DNA of 64,000 nucleotides from an uncultured archaeon (GTDB lineage Archaea > Asgardarchaeota > Thorarchaeia > Thorarchaeales > Thorarchaeaceae). The stretch lies in assembly GCA_964590575.1 (NCBI GenBank), contig CAZPWM010000002.1, forward strand, positions 9,714 through 73,713, read 5' to 3'. Under the pieces are notes generated by a model. That model was not told where the DNA came from. It saw only the letters and a list, made by a program, of their open reading frames with translations, and did not search any database. How positions within the stretch are numbered: the first letter of the stretch is position 1; each line of letters begins with the position of its first letter. The position numbers were made by a program, and so were the translations under genes. Below, piece by piece: positions 38,106-51,065 of the stretch.

Positions 38106-39095
38106 ATGAAAATCCCGTGGACTGGACTGATTGTAGTCTTGCTTATCACTTTGGCAACAAGTCCAATCAGAATGCAGCAGACATCTCATGTTCCTATTTT
38201 CAGTGGAGCCAATGCGTATGAGTATCTTGTAGATCAATGTGATTTCGGCCCTCGTCCACCAGGTACCGAGAATCTCAGTCTCTGCAGAACAATGATTGCG
38301 GAAACATTCGAATCTTTCGGATGGAATGTCACATTTCAAAATTTCACCTACAAAGAAGTTGAGTGTGCAAATGTCATAGCTAGTTGTAACTCGCAGAATA
38401 ATTCACCAATCATTCTTGGAGCTCACTACGACACGCGCCCACCAGGAACATCCGACCCCGGATCGGGCCTAGGAGCTAATGATGGTGCAAGTGGAGTTGC
38501 AGTTCTGTTGGAACTAGCTAACATCCTTCCGGCGGAAATCCGTTCCAATATAGAAATAGTCCTTTTCGATGCCGAAGACTCAGGGGGGATCACAGGCTGG
38601 GATTGGATTCAAGGATCGACATACTACGTTTCTCATCTCAGTACAGAACGCAGAGATTCAATACACGCTATGATATTACTGGATATGGTCGGTGATATTA
38701 ATCTCGAGTTACCTCGCGAACGAAGTTCAACAACCTCACTTCAGAACTCTATCTGGAATATTGCTAAAGATCTAGGTTGCAATGACACATTCATTGATTC
38801 CTACCGTGGTCCAATTATTGATGATCACAAACCCTTTCTAGACGCTGGTATCCCTGCAGTCGATTTGATTCAAGTGCCGTTTCCATCATATTGGCACACG
38901 CTGGAGGACACGCCAGACAAGTGCAGTGCTCAAAGTCTTGAGATAGTCGGTAAAGTCATAGAGGTTTTCGTCGTAGAGGAATCTGATAGAACCACAAATT
39001 TTCCACTTGATTCATCCCCAATCATTTTCATTGTAGCTATTGTGGTTGTGGCTCTTGTAATCCCAGTACTCATTGCCCAACAAAAAAGAAAGTAG
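38106..39095 (+). CDS. M28-family peptidase / glutaminyl-cyclase-like protein, membrane anchored
   Basis: Signal/TM N-terminus, ILGAHYDTRP, DGASGVAVLLELA, LFDAEDSG, ILLDMVGD metal-site motifs; C-terminal TM + QQKRK. Confidence 0.65.
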   Translation: MKIPWTGLIVVLLITLATSPIRMQQTSHVPIFSGANAYEYLVDQCDFGPRPPGTENLSLCRTMIAETFESFGWNVTFQNFTYKEVECANVIASCNSQNNSPIILGAHYDTRPPGTSDPGSGLGANDGASGVAVLLELANILPAEIRSNIEIVLFDAEDSGGITGWDWIQGSTYYVSHLSTERRDSIHAMILLDMVGDINLELPRERSSTTSLQNSIWNIAKDLGCNDTFIDSYRGPIIDDHKPFLDAGIPAVDLIQVPFPSYWHTLEDTPDKCSAQSLEIVGKVIEVFVVEESDRTTNFPLDSSPIIFIVAIVVVALVIPVLIAQQKRK

Positions 39096-39162
39096 AATGT
39101 TACACACTTTTAAACCGAAATTCCTCGACGATTGATTGGTACTTATCCTGTGGTGAAGCAGT

Positions 39163-40059
39163 TTGGAGAAAATAGACCTGTACAAACCAACTGATAGTTT
39201 TCCCTCTCCACTGACAAGTATCGCAATTACTCCAAAAGGCCATCTGTTAGCATGTGGGACAATGGATTCCCAGATTCTATTGATTGATTCCAAGTCTGGA
39301 AAAACAAAACGTGGGATTCTGGGTCATAATGGTGCAGTGTCCGATGTGTCCTTCGTTGGAACTGCGAACTCAATCCTCTCATGTAGTTGGGATAAGACAA
39401 CCCGATTATGGAATCGGAAGAACATTGACGAGTCACTTGTTCTCGAAGCCCCTTCAGAGGTGAAGGCTCTTACCATCTCACTAATGCATGGAAAGGGTGC
39501 TTCTGGTTCCCGCGATGGTATGGTGAAGATATTCTCATTGCGCCATCTCAAAACAATACGAAACCTTCAAGCTCATCGTTCAGATATCTCAGGTATTGCA
39601 TTTATTGATGAAGAAAAAAAGATTGTAACTGCATCATATGATGGAACTTGCAGACTGTGGGATCTCTCGTCGTATGATGCGGAAAAGACCTTGGTCAAGC
39701 AGAAACAACGTATCCGGTCAATGGTTACATCACCAGATGGATTAATGGTTTTCTTAGGTTCTCAGAACGGCACAATATCTCAAGTTAGTATCGATGATAC
39801 CAAGAAGAAATCAGAAATTACAGGACACACCGACCTTGTTAGTGCATTATCTATGGATCCCACAGGACAATACCTTGCATCTGCGAGTTGGGACCGTACA
39901 ATTAGAATCTGGTCCTTAAAGGACAGAATACAAGTGGCCAAGGGCCAACTTATGTCAGGAATATCATCGACTACCTGGTCCCCAGACGGGACTATTGTTT
40001 ATACTGCTGATCTCTCGGGATCAATAGTGTCATGGATGCCTTCACTGCGAACTAGTTGA
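39163..40059 (+). CDS. WD40-repeat beta-propeller protein
   Basis: Repeated WD-like blades (SCSWDKTTRLWN, ASYDGTCRLWD, SASWDRTIRIWS, GHN/GHT starts). Confidence 0.8.
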   Translation: MEKIDLYKPTDSFPSPLTSIAITPKGHLLACGTMDSQILLIDSKSGKTKRGILGHNGAVSDVSFVGTANSILSCSWDKTTRLWNRKNIDESLVLEAPSEVKALTISLMHGKGASGSRDGMVKIFSLRHLKTIRNLQAHRSDISGIAFIDEEKKIVTASYDGTCRLWDLSSYDAEKTLVKQKQRIRSMVTSPDGLMVFLGSQNGTISQVSIDDTKKKSEITGHTDLVSALSMDPTGQYLASASWDRTIRIWSLKDRIQVAKGQLMSGISSTTWSPDGTIVYTADLSGSIVSWMPSLRTS

Positions 40060-40630
40060 GCATTGACTCTTGTTTTAAGGCTCGAATGTCAATATCTGCA
40101 AACCCCTCTTTGTTCCAAGTTATTCTGATACGACCATATTTCTTGTTGATTTCTCCTTCTTTTGAACCTCTAAGAATCTCTACTAATTTTTCGGAAAGTC
40201 GATTTCTGCTACGTTTGTCAAATGGAATTGGAAGCAAGCTATTATCAGCGAGAGTGAGTGTGACCGTTTTTTCATCCAGCCTTGCAATGGGTTGTGAAAG
40301 AATGAGTCGACCCGGTTTGAAAAATGGCGTCTTATCCCTCATACTCCGAATGGTTTCTGCTAACTGACGGTGTTTGGTAATCTCTACACTCGCAGTCTTC
40401 ACCACATCTTCTAGATATTTACGTCTCTTGTCATACTTGGCCACAAAGTCTTCTTGAAGAACCTCCATTGTTTTTGTTCGGGATGAGAGACGTTGTTTGA
40501 GTATCTGTTTTATTGTCCAATTGGTTGCTGCTCCATATCTCTGAAGCTCTTCTTCAAGAATATCCTGCTTCTCTCTCGTCAGAGTGACGCTTAGTAATTT
40601 CAATATTTCAATATCCTTCATGGACAACAC
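40052..40630 (-). CDS. hypothetical protein (192 aa)
   Basis: ORF only. Confidence 0.45.
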   Translation of the reverse strand: MLSMKDIEILKLLSVTLTREKQDILEEELQRYGAATNWTIKQILKQRLSSRTKTMEVLQEDFVAKYDKRRKYLEDVVKTASVEITKHRQLAETIRSMRDKTPFFKPGRLILSQPIARLDEKTVTLTLADNSLLPIPFDKRSRNRLSEKLVEILRGSKEGEINKKYGRIRITWNKEGFADIDIRALKQESMLN

Positions 40631-40785
40631 AGTCTTTGGAAAACCTAAACAGGTCTAATCAATTTTATCTCTTGACGCGATTCGCTTCTCCCGTTCCTCT
40701 GGCAAGAAAAAGATGGCACAGATAGTTTTCTTGCTGTTACTATTCGCGCTCAGATTAAGTAGCAACAGGTTGCAATCATTTGAGT

Positions 40786-41835
40786 CTAGAGGCGTTGTAA
40801 AATGTACTGAGCTTCTCCAATAATCCTCAGTATCTCCTTTGGGAGAATGTCGTAAGCACCATATTCTACCAATATCTCTTCATAGAATCCAGGTTCGATT
40901 TCACTGATTTGATCCATGAAGACTCCATCTACCATGCTGGAGAATTCCTTGAGGATGATGAGAGTTCTACCCAGGGAGCAGGCAGCCTGTCGCATTTCAA
41001 AGACAGCCATTTCATAGTCACCATTATAGGTCAATCCTCGAGCCCCATTATACTCTCTCTGGGCACTCGCCAAGAAACCAGTAGCAAGTATGGCCTGCTC
41101 ATCGACTATTGCACTACTTATTCGTGACTCGGCTATGTCTAGCCATTGCTGCAAATCTTTGAGCGCTGTCAATAGTTTTGGCTCATCCATTCCCTTGAGC
41201 TTGAATGCCCTTAACAATATAGAATAGGTCATAGGGTCAAGCATTCTTAGCTCGGTCAAGACCTCCGCTGGTTTGAGTATCAAGAAGGTGTTGTTCAGCA
41301 TTAGGACGACACGTCCAAGATTGAACAGGCCTTGACGCAGCTCAAAGATTGCACTCGGTCCCTCATCCTCTTCAGCGAGTTTTTTAGCTCTGGTTAAGTA
41401 CTCCAATGTTGAACTCTTGACCTGTGAGATGGACTCTTCAGACCATACATAGTCCTTGGTCTTCTTCTGCCATTCACCCGCCTTTCCATCGGTGTCATGC
41501 ATTACAAGTGAATTTCTTAAACGATTGATGACTTCGGATATCTTGGTAACATCGCTCGTGACCCTATCAAATACATTCTCAACCTCTTTAACGGTCATAA
41601 AAACCATGTCCACAAGCACCTCTTTATGCGAGGACATCAATCTCACTGGAGCCTCATCTGCATCCCAAACGATGCATATGTCCAAGTCCGAGTTTGCTGT
41701 GGCAGTTCCCCTTACATACGATCCATACACGAAAATACCTTTGACATTCTTATGTCTCTTCCATTCATTCACAGTGTCTTTCAGTGCTTCTGTAAAACGT
41801 TTACGAACGTCAGCCATCTTCTCCTTCGACTCCAA
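40786..41835 (-). CDS. nucleotidyltransferase-domain protein (Pol-beta superfamily) with long C-terminal helical domain
   Basis: GIFVYGSYVRGTATANSDLDICIVWD = GS...x(n)DLD NTase signature. Confidence 0.65.
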   Translation of the reverse strand: MESKEKMADVRKRFTEALKDTVNEWKRHKNVKGIFVYGSYVRGTATANSDLDICIVWDADEAPVRLMSSHKEVLVDMVFMTVKEVENVFDRVTSDVTKISEVINRLRNSLVMHDTDGKAGEWQKKTKDYVWSEESISQVKSSTLEYLTRAKKLAEEDEGPSAIFELRQGLFNLGRVVLMLNNTFLILKPAEVLTELRMLDPMTYSILLRAFKLKGMDEPKLLTALKDLQQWLDIAESRISSAIVDEQAILATGFLASAQREYNGARGLTYNGDYEMAVFEMRQAACSLGRTLIILKEFSSMVDGVFMDQISEIEPGFYEEILVEYGAYDILPKEILRIIGEAQYILQRL

Positions 41836-41943
41836 TGTTCACTAACAATGTGCTACCAGTGTTTCTCAAAGGGCCTCATGTCAATAAAGCTATCTGATAC
41901 GGGTCCCGACACTAATTAATAGTCGATTTACGAATGCTTTGTT

Positions 41944-42651
41944 ATGTCCCGAATAGATGGCAGAGCCAATGATGCGATAAGAGCTGTAGAATTCACACGT
42001 AATTTTCTCAAACATCCCGAAGGTTCTGTTCTAGTTGCAACTGGAGAAACCAAAGTTATCTGCACTGCAACCGTAGAGGAAGGAGTTCCTGGTTGGCTGA
42101 ATGGCAAGGGACAGGGGTGGGTAACAGCTGAGTATGGCATGCTGCCTCGGTCTACAGACGACCGAATGAACAGGTACAAAGTCAGTGGAAGAACTCAAGA
42201 AATTCAACGACTAATTGGACGGTCCCTCAGGGCAGCTGTAGATATGACCAAAATTGGAGAAAACACGGTTCGGATTGACTGCGATGTCATTCAGGCTGAT
42301 GGTGGAACACGTACCGCATCCATAACAGGTGCCTATGTTGCTCTATGTGATGCAATCCAATACATGATTGAAATGGACATGATCTCCGAGAGTCCAATCA
42401 TTGGTAACGTGGCTGCTGTAAGTGTTGGAATAATCACTGGTGAAACATTACTTGATCTCTGCTATTTTGAGGACTCTCAAGCAGATGTTGACATGAATAT
42501 TGTCATGCGTGGGACTGATTTTGTTGAGGTTCAAGGAACTGCAGAAGGAGCAACCTTTGGTCGTGAGGCAATGAATGAGATGGTGGATTATGCAATAAAA
42601 GGCATCTCAGAACTTATTGAGTTTCAAAATAAGACGTTGTTAGTGAAATAG
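41944..42651 (+). CDS. rph: ribonuclease PH, bacterial type
   Basis: Near-verbatim Rph motifs: [74 protein letters not shown]. Confidence 0.85.
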   Translation: MSRIDGRANDAIRAVEFTRNFLKHPEGSVLVATGETKVICTATVEEGVPGWLNGKGQGWVTAEYGMLPRSTDDRMNRYKVSGRTQEIQRLIGRSLRAAVDMTKIGENTVRIDCDVIQADGGTRTASITGAYVALCDAIQYMIEMDMISESPIIGNVAAVSVGIITGETLLDLCYFEDSQADVDMNIVMRGTDFVEVQGTAEGATFGREAMNEMVDYAIKGISELIEFQNKTLLVK

Positions 42652-43144
42652 AGCTCAATAATACGGCCTCTGGCAAAAGCTTTATACGTGAATTCTGAGA
42701 ATTTAATATGCTCTCGTCGAAGAGAGGGTCTTATGCGACGTAAACGTCGTGAGGCTTTTCTGGTGGCCCCGGTGACGGAAACTACCCTCGACGGATAGCA
42801 AGCTTTAAATCGCCAGCAAATTAGGCTGGCGGAGCGCTCACTGAAATAGTGATGTGCTAGCGTTTGGTCCGGAGTTCAGAGTTTTCGAACAATGAACAAA
42901 GGTTCATCGGGACCAGGTCATGAGTGAGGTACCATTCCCGATGGAGGACCGTCAACGTGTACGGCTCTGTGAAATGTGTCATGGAGAGTCAGACGCGTGG
43001 ACTGCAGAGGATGGAGGTACACTGATTCAAAATGAATTGTAGGGTAAAAAAATTAAGTTACTACAATAACTCCTTGGCATGATTAGAGATAATCATGTTC
43101 ACATTGAGTGGACAACAGGTAATACTGTGTCAATACATAAGTAG

Positions 43145-46228
<3,084 letters not shown>

Positions 46229-46458
46229 AAGTGTACTTCGCACAGTACCTAGGGTTGTCAAGAAGAGTTCATTGTAGTAGCGAAGTAGTATCTCCATCCT
46301 CTAGTCTTACCTATCATTTTAATCCATTCCACAATTTCAAACCCAGTGGAAGTTTTACTTGGCTTTTAGGCATAGGTTCTACGAAAGGGGTGGCCTTGTG
46401 GGGTCAGAAAAAGGAAACAATAAGTAAATATGAATCTAAGTAAAGTGGTGTATCCATT

Positions 46459-47160
46459 ATGAGAGGGGAATCACATCTGACAGCTTCATTCATGATTAGC
46501 CTGCCTACTCTCATGGTTCTGTATAATATGGCACCAGATACAATGATTGACGTGATGGGTTATGTCCTTGGAGGGGTATTACTGGGTTGCTTACTACCTG
46601 ATGTAGATGCTTCGGATGCCAAGGTGATGCATGGATATTGGAGGCCAATCGGTCTTTTTGGAAAATACCTATTCTATAAACCAATGACATGGATTTTGAG
46701 AACTCGCTCTGACGCATATCGAGAGCAACACCGCGGATATTTACACTCATTTATTGGTTGTTTTCTCGCAACGATTTTCTTTGCAATCCCGATAGCTATC
46801 ATATTTCTACATTCAACATATGTACTGCTTCTTCCCTTAGAAACGACTATTTGGGTTTGGTTTGCATGGATTGGATTACCCTTTGGTTTTCTAATGCATT
46901 TGGTTGAAGACAGCTTCACAAAATCAGGAGTACGATGGATTTTTCCTGGCGGTAAAACCTATTCAAGTCAGACAACCACTGGAAAAAAGAGTGAGTATAA
47001 TCTTCTATCAGCATTCGTCGTCACATATGGCATTCTCACAGTTATTGTATACATGGCGCCTCCCTCGTTTATTGTTCTATTTGGGGCTATTCTTGGATCC
47101 CTGGTTTTGTTGGGTGCGCTTTATGCGGCTAATCCGATAATTAGTAGACTTTCAAAGTAG
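46459..47160 (+). CDS. membrane-bound metal-dependent hydrolase-like protein (DUF457/YdjM-like)
   Basis: Multi-TM, conserved His/Asp positions (HLTAS, LPDVD, HRGYLHS, HLVEDS). Confidence 0.5.
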   Translation: MRGESHLTASFMISLPTLMVLYNMAPDTMIDVMGYVLGGVLLGCLLPDVDASDAKVMHGYWRPIGLFGKYLFYKPMTWILRTRSDAYREQHRGYLHSFIGCFLATIFFAIPIAIIFLHSTYVLLLPLETTIWVWFAWIGLPFGFLMHLVEDSFTKSGVRWIFPGGKTYSSQTTTGKKSEYNLLSAFVVTYGILTVIVYMAPPSFIVLFGAILGSLVLLGALYAANPIISRLSK

Positions 47161-47174
47161 ACTGGTGCCAAGTA

Positions 47175-47470
47175 AAAATGACCGGAAATAGAACTGTAGA
47201 AAGTGCTACTTTTCCGGGTCAGTAAGGGTTGTGGGAACAGATTAGTACTGTCAGTGTTCCAATGTCGCAAAATCATCTGGAAAGACCGGTTGGAAATGGG
47301 TGCGGTGCGAGAGCAACTTGCCCTGTTGGAGAGAGCCTGATTCGTATTTGAATGGTCGGAAGTGCAGTCACCTCACTTGCATCCTCTTTGTCACAGTCCA
47401 CCTCACGGATCGAACCCACTGGCAGGTCATGCTCCTGCAACTTTTCTCTCCACAAGCCTTGAGTATAGTA
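47175..47470. ncRNA. candidate structured ncRNA in GC-rich non-coding patch (RNase P RNA-like / SRP RNA-like motifs)
   Basis: ~50% GC island in AT-rich intergenic; ggaaagaccgg (cf. RNase P CR-I GGAAAGUCCGG), ggtgcggtgcgagagc (cf. GGUGCGGUAAGAGC), ggtcggaagtgcag (cf. SRP helix 8 GGUCCGGAAGGAAGCAG); strand/identity unresolved. Confidence 0.3.
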
Positions 47471-47506
47471 TAAAAGAGCTTGCTGGAAAGATGATATCGG
47501 AGGGAA

Positions 47507-48481
47507 GTGACGTTCAAACCAGACAAACTCAGTAAGGATGCTATATCCGCAGTGAAGCAGATAATAGGTTATAGAAGCACTCCGATGGAAGACAGACCAC
47601 AAGTAGAAGATATGTTTCAGACATCATTTGGAAAAACACTTGGTAGCCAAGTTGGTGAAATTCTAGATTTTGCAAAGAGAGGACAAATTCTCCTAATAAT
47701 ACTTCCACTCACTAAAATCATGGAGAAATTACAGAGATTCATTCAAGATGGAAGTTATCTTAGGGCTGAGGAAAGCTCTCTATCACCCAAAGATATTGAT
47801 AAGATGAAGGCCTTTGAGGTTGTCATGCAGGATGTCGATGTTGAGGACACTGTAGAAACTGTGGAAGATGTGATAGACCAGGACGATGAGCTCTGGTACC
47901 TGTCATTGATAACATTTACAGTGTATGCGTATGTGGATGTTTACTCGAAGAGTCTAATCAAAAGTTTGACATCAAATCCATTACTGATGGAGAAATTAGA
48001 AACATATCTTGAAAGAGAAGCGCTTCAAAATAAAGACGATATAGAGAGAAAATATGTCACATCAGTTACAGATCTCTCGCAGTACGGAGTTAGTCGGAGG
48101 CTTTGGACCATAGAAAGAGGTCTGTCAATAGACCAGATTTTATCTAAGATCACAAATCCAGATGTTCTTAGCATAATTAGAAGCAGCTTTATCAAAATCA
48201 TAAAAACAAGACATAAAATTGCACATAGAAATCCAAAGTTGAAAAGAGATGACTACACATATGAGATGTTTGAGGGTGTTTCAAACACTGTCGAAGAATT
48301 GGATTTCACTTTTAATGAAATAGAAGAAACATTCGGATTTCTGAAGCCAATATTTGGCACAATCAAAAATCTGGGAAAGCAGACAATGGATAGAATTAAG
48401 AGAACTATGAATATTGCCTACATGACAATGCTGTATCCAGCATTAATTGATGTAGTAGTTCACGATTTGATGGAAGATTAG
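47507..48481 (+). CDS. hypothetical acidic protein with C-terminal Rx4H (HEPN-like) motif
   Basis: 324 aa; KTRHKIAHRNP near C-terminus; otherwise unrecognised. Confidence 0.45.
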   Translation: MTFKPDKLSKDAISAVKQIIGYRSTPMEDRPQVEDMFQTSFGKTLGSQVGEILDFAKRGQILLIILPLTKIMEKLQRFIQDGSYLRAEESSLSPKDIDKMKAFEVVMQDVDVEDTVETVEDVIDQDDELWYLSLITFTVYAYVDVYSKSLIKSLTSNPLLMEKLETYLEREALQNKDDIERKYVTSVTDLSQYGVSRRLWTIERGLSIDQILSKITNPDVLSIIRSSFIKIIKTRHKIAHRNPKLKRDDYTYEMFEGVSNTVEELDFTFNEIEETFGFLKPIFGTIKNLGKQTMDRIKRTMNIAYMTMLYPALIDVVVHDLMED

Positions 48482-48770
48482 TAATAGTGATAATGATAAG
48501 TCATTTCTAATTATGAGTAAGAATCTCTCAAAAAGGATGGTAATCGTTTCTTAGTGCACAGGGAGTGATGACTTCATAACATCGTAGGTACCCAGACTAG
48601 AAATGTGAGGTTACCATTGATCTTGAAATCGAAAACAAGACAGGACATACACTCGCACCTAATAATATGGCAATTAGCACAATGGATGGATGGTTTAAGG
48701 GCATCCACCCACAAGTATCAGGACTACCCCAATGAAGCACCGCACCGGATACAGACACTTCGGGTGAAGT

Positions 48771-48804
48771 GAAAAAAGAGGGGGCGGCAAATTAGCACCG
48801 CCCC
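48771..48804 (-). terminator. intrinsic-type terminator: GC stem ggggcgg/ccgcccc + T6 on minus strand
   Basis: Seen directly: plus gaaaaaagagGGGGCGGcaaattagcaCCGCCCC; on minus strand hairpin followed by CTCTTTTTT; ~275 nt downstream of tnpB stop. Confidence 0.5.
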
Positions 48805-48809
48805 ATTGA

Positions 48810-49080
48810 ACTGAGAATTAGTGATTACTTCTTTGATCCACCTCGATCGGCTGCACTCTGTGCACGTCTAGCAAAACCTTGATTTCGACCAGACTTGGCT
48901 GAATGACTCTGGATTCTGGATGCTGAACTCTTGGACATTCCTTTTTTTCCCAATGATTCACCTCCGTATTCATCATGAGGAATACTTGGCAGAATCAGAA
49001 TATCAGACTTTGATGATGTGCATTGCATACGAATATTGTGCAAATCAGATTCACAGTACCTAGAGTTAAAACCTGTATCT
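48810..49080 (-). ncRNA. predicted TnpB omega-RNA (right-end element RNA) region
   Basis: Position immediately 3' of tnpB, GC-rich, bounded by terminator; established architecture of IS200/IS605 TnpB guide RNAs; exact ends unknown. Confidence 0.4.
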
Positions 49081-50816
49081 TACAATTGTGAGTGAACTGC
49101 AAGAGACTCCTGTGTTCCACCTTTCTCACGACTACTGTCACCAGCTTCTGAATGTCTGGGGTCTTTCAGAGTGTCGCAAGCTTTGCCCCTCTTCACTGGA
49201 ACATCGTTCCTCTGATGGGACCTGGCTTCTGTCCGCTGCATTGATTCACACTCACCAGTTGGTGCGATTGCAGTCGGTGTTTCCACAGCATTTGCCATGG
49301 CAAGGTCTTTGCCCCTCACAAACTCCACAAGTGAAGTCTGGTCATAGGAGCCAGCCACGGACTCCCCTTTCGAGTCTGGTGTCCCCTGGGGGAGTGCGGA
49401 CTTCCCTACAGAAGAAGACTTCTTCCTCCGGGCTTTCAGTATGGCCCTATCCTTAGAGGTGAGCCACATCCCTAGTCCGTTCTCATCTCTCAGTGAGGGG
49501 ATGAGCATGATGAGGCGCTTCCCAATGTTGAGAGCGCCATTCAGGTCGGCGTTCAGCTTTAGTCCACAAGTGGTACAGATGAAGAGATTCTGCTTCGGTC
49601 TCGCTCCCTTATGTCCGCATTTGTGACACATGATGGAGGTCCATTGCTCTGGAACTGCTTTGAACCTCTTGGGATCGAAACCAATTGATGCGAGCTTGTG
49701 CTCCAGCATCCCACTGATTCTTGCAAAGGCCCATCGGTGAATCTTTCCCCTGTACTCTCTTCCCCTGCTGTTCCCCTTGCGGGCTATGTTCCTGATTCCC
49801 TTCAGCCGACCGATTGAGACATAGAGGTCATTTTGGTTTGTCATCTCTCTGATGTGGTCAGAGATGTCCCTAATCAGTTTCTTGTCATACTCTATACTGA
49901 TTCGTTCTCTCTTTCCACTCAGACTCCTGAGCTGTGCAGTCACTCGATCAGTGTTCTGACCTTTGGAAACAAGGAGCTCTTTCTCTTTCTGGAGTGAAGC
50001 AACCCTCTCATCCAAAGACCTTATGCGTCGGAGCTTGTCCTCTTGTTTCCAATATCTGACGTGCTTGTATCCCTTCTTGGTTAGAAGGACTGAACACGCA
50101 GCCTTGTTTATTCCAAGGTCGATGGAGAGAACAGCAAGGGGCTTTCTAGCGGTATCAATCCTGTCAACAGCAAGAGTGACGGTGAAGATAGCCCACCACT
50201 TGCGACGAGAATCCTTGAAGATTCGAACTGTCTTCACATCTCCCTCCTTCATCCTGTTTAGATGAAATGATGAGATGGAGAGGGGAATCATGAGTCTATC
50301 ATGCTGATAACGCCCCTCATTCACAGAGTCCAGCGAGTCCCGTAGTTTCAACCAGTGTCTAATCTCCAGCTCTGGTGAGTATACAAGCTCAAAACGTTGG
50401 ATGAATGCAAAGCGTGGGATCTTTCGAGTAGAATATCCTATTCTCCTAAGGGGTTTGGAACCACCTTTTTCAAGATAGCTCTGCCACATGGCAACTGCAG
50501 TACCCCTACACTCCTGAAACTCGTTCACTGAAATGTTTGGAAATCGAACCTTGAAGTCATGGGGTACCGAACTTCGGTTGGCTTTGCCTCGGGATGCTGT
50601 CAGGGTGAGTTCATCTAGTTTATTTGCGTCAAGTTTACTTCGTCTACGACCTATCAGCAACTCGTCTTCGTGACATTCAATCACTCCAAGATACGCCCTG
50701 ATGACTCTTGTGTCTCTTCCAGTAATTCGGTTGAGCCGAGTCTTCTGCTTGTCAGTCATAGAGTCCCAACGTATTGGGACCTTCACACTGATTATTGTAC
50801 CCTTGGAGCGACCCAT
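49080..50816 (-). CDS. tnpB: TnpB/OrfB-family RNA-guided endonuclease-like transposase-associated protein (IS200/IS605, IS1341-like), with ~130-aa low-complexity C-terminal extension
   Basis: RuvC-I LSIDLGINKAA, RuvC-II E, zinc finger CHKCGH...CTTCG, RuvC-III NADLNGALNIGKR; no tnpA nearby. Confidence 0.85.
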   Translation of the reverse strand: MGRSKGTIISVKVPIRWDSMTDKQKTRLNRITGRDTRVIRAYLGVIECHEDELLIGRRRSKLDANKLDELTLTASRGKANRSSVPHDFKVRFPNISVNEFQECRGTAVAMWQSYLEKGGSKPLRRIGYSTRKIPRFAFIQRFELVYSPELEIRHWLKLRDSLDSVNEGRYQHDRLMIPLSISSFHLNRMKEGDVKTVRIFKDSRRKWWAIFTVTLAVDRIDTARKPLAVLSIDLGINKAACSVLLTKKGYKHVRYWKQEDKLRRIRSLDERVASLQKEKELLVSKGQNTDRVTAQLRSLSGKRERISIEYDKKLIRDISDHIREMTNQNDLYVSIGRLKGIRNIARKGNSRGREYRGKIHRWAFARISGMLEHKLASIGFDPKRFKAVPEQWTSIMCHKCGHKGARPKQNLFICTTCGLKLNADLNGALNIGKRLIMLIPSLRDENGLGMWLTSKDRAILKARRKKSSSVGKSALPQGTPDSKGESVAGSYDQTSLVEFVRGKDLAMANAVETPTAIAPTGECESMQRTEARSHQRNDVPVKRGKACDTLKDPRHSEAGDSSREKGGTQESLAVHSQL

Positions 50817-51065
50817 TCATTTCACCTGAGGATTTAAACTTCTGACCTGTCTCTTTCGAGTTCACTCCCTTTCTCGTCAAGATGAAAGGTTTTGAACTCC
50901 TACTATTTTCTGTTACATAAGGGGATTTAAACTTATTAAGCCGTTTATGAAATAAGGCATTATGAGGCACTATTATTTAAAATAAGACATTATCAATCCT
51001 TATTTGACTCACCAATAAGAACGGATATCTTATAAATTAAAATATAAGGAAGATACTGATTTGAT

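Larger units (their letters stand above)
48810..50950 (-). mobile_element. TnpB-only IS200/IS605-family element (approximate ends)
   Basis: tnpB plus 3' omega-RNA/terminator; left end inferred within 50817-50950 (direct repeats ggatttaaactt x2); ends not verified. Confidence 0.4.

Noticed and set aside
42724-42786. 20-aa ORF MRRKRREAFLVAPVTETTLDG in 23S leader
   Set aside because: Inside rRNA 5' leader; no support as coding
46229-46458. Search for 5S rRNA downstream of 23S
   Set aside because: No 5S-like conserved blocks; the first 30 nt form the 23S processing stem, remainder AT-rich promoter of next gene
47425-47450. tRNA T-arm-like gggttcgatcc on minus strand
   Set aside because: Flanking sequence cannot form a 5-bp T-stem or acceptor stem; no cloverleaf
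48825-49043. 72-aa minus-strand ORF downstream of tnpB
   Set aside because: Low-complexity (S/K/G/R-rich) and located in the predicted omega-RNA scaffold region; more likely non-coding
49088-49456. 122-aa plus-strand ORF
   Set aside because: Antisense to tnpB 3' region/omega-RNA; GC-rich open frame by chance
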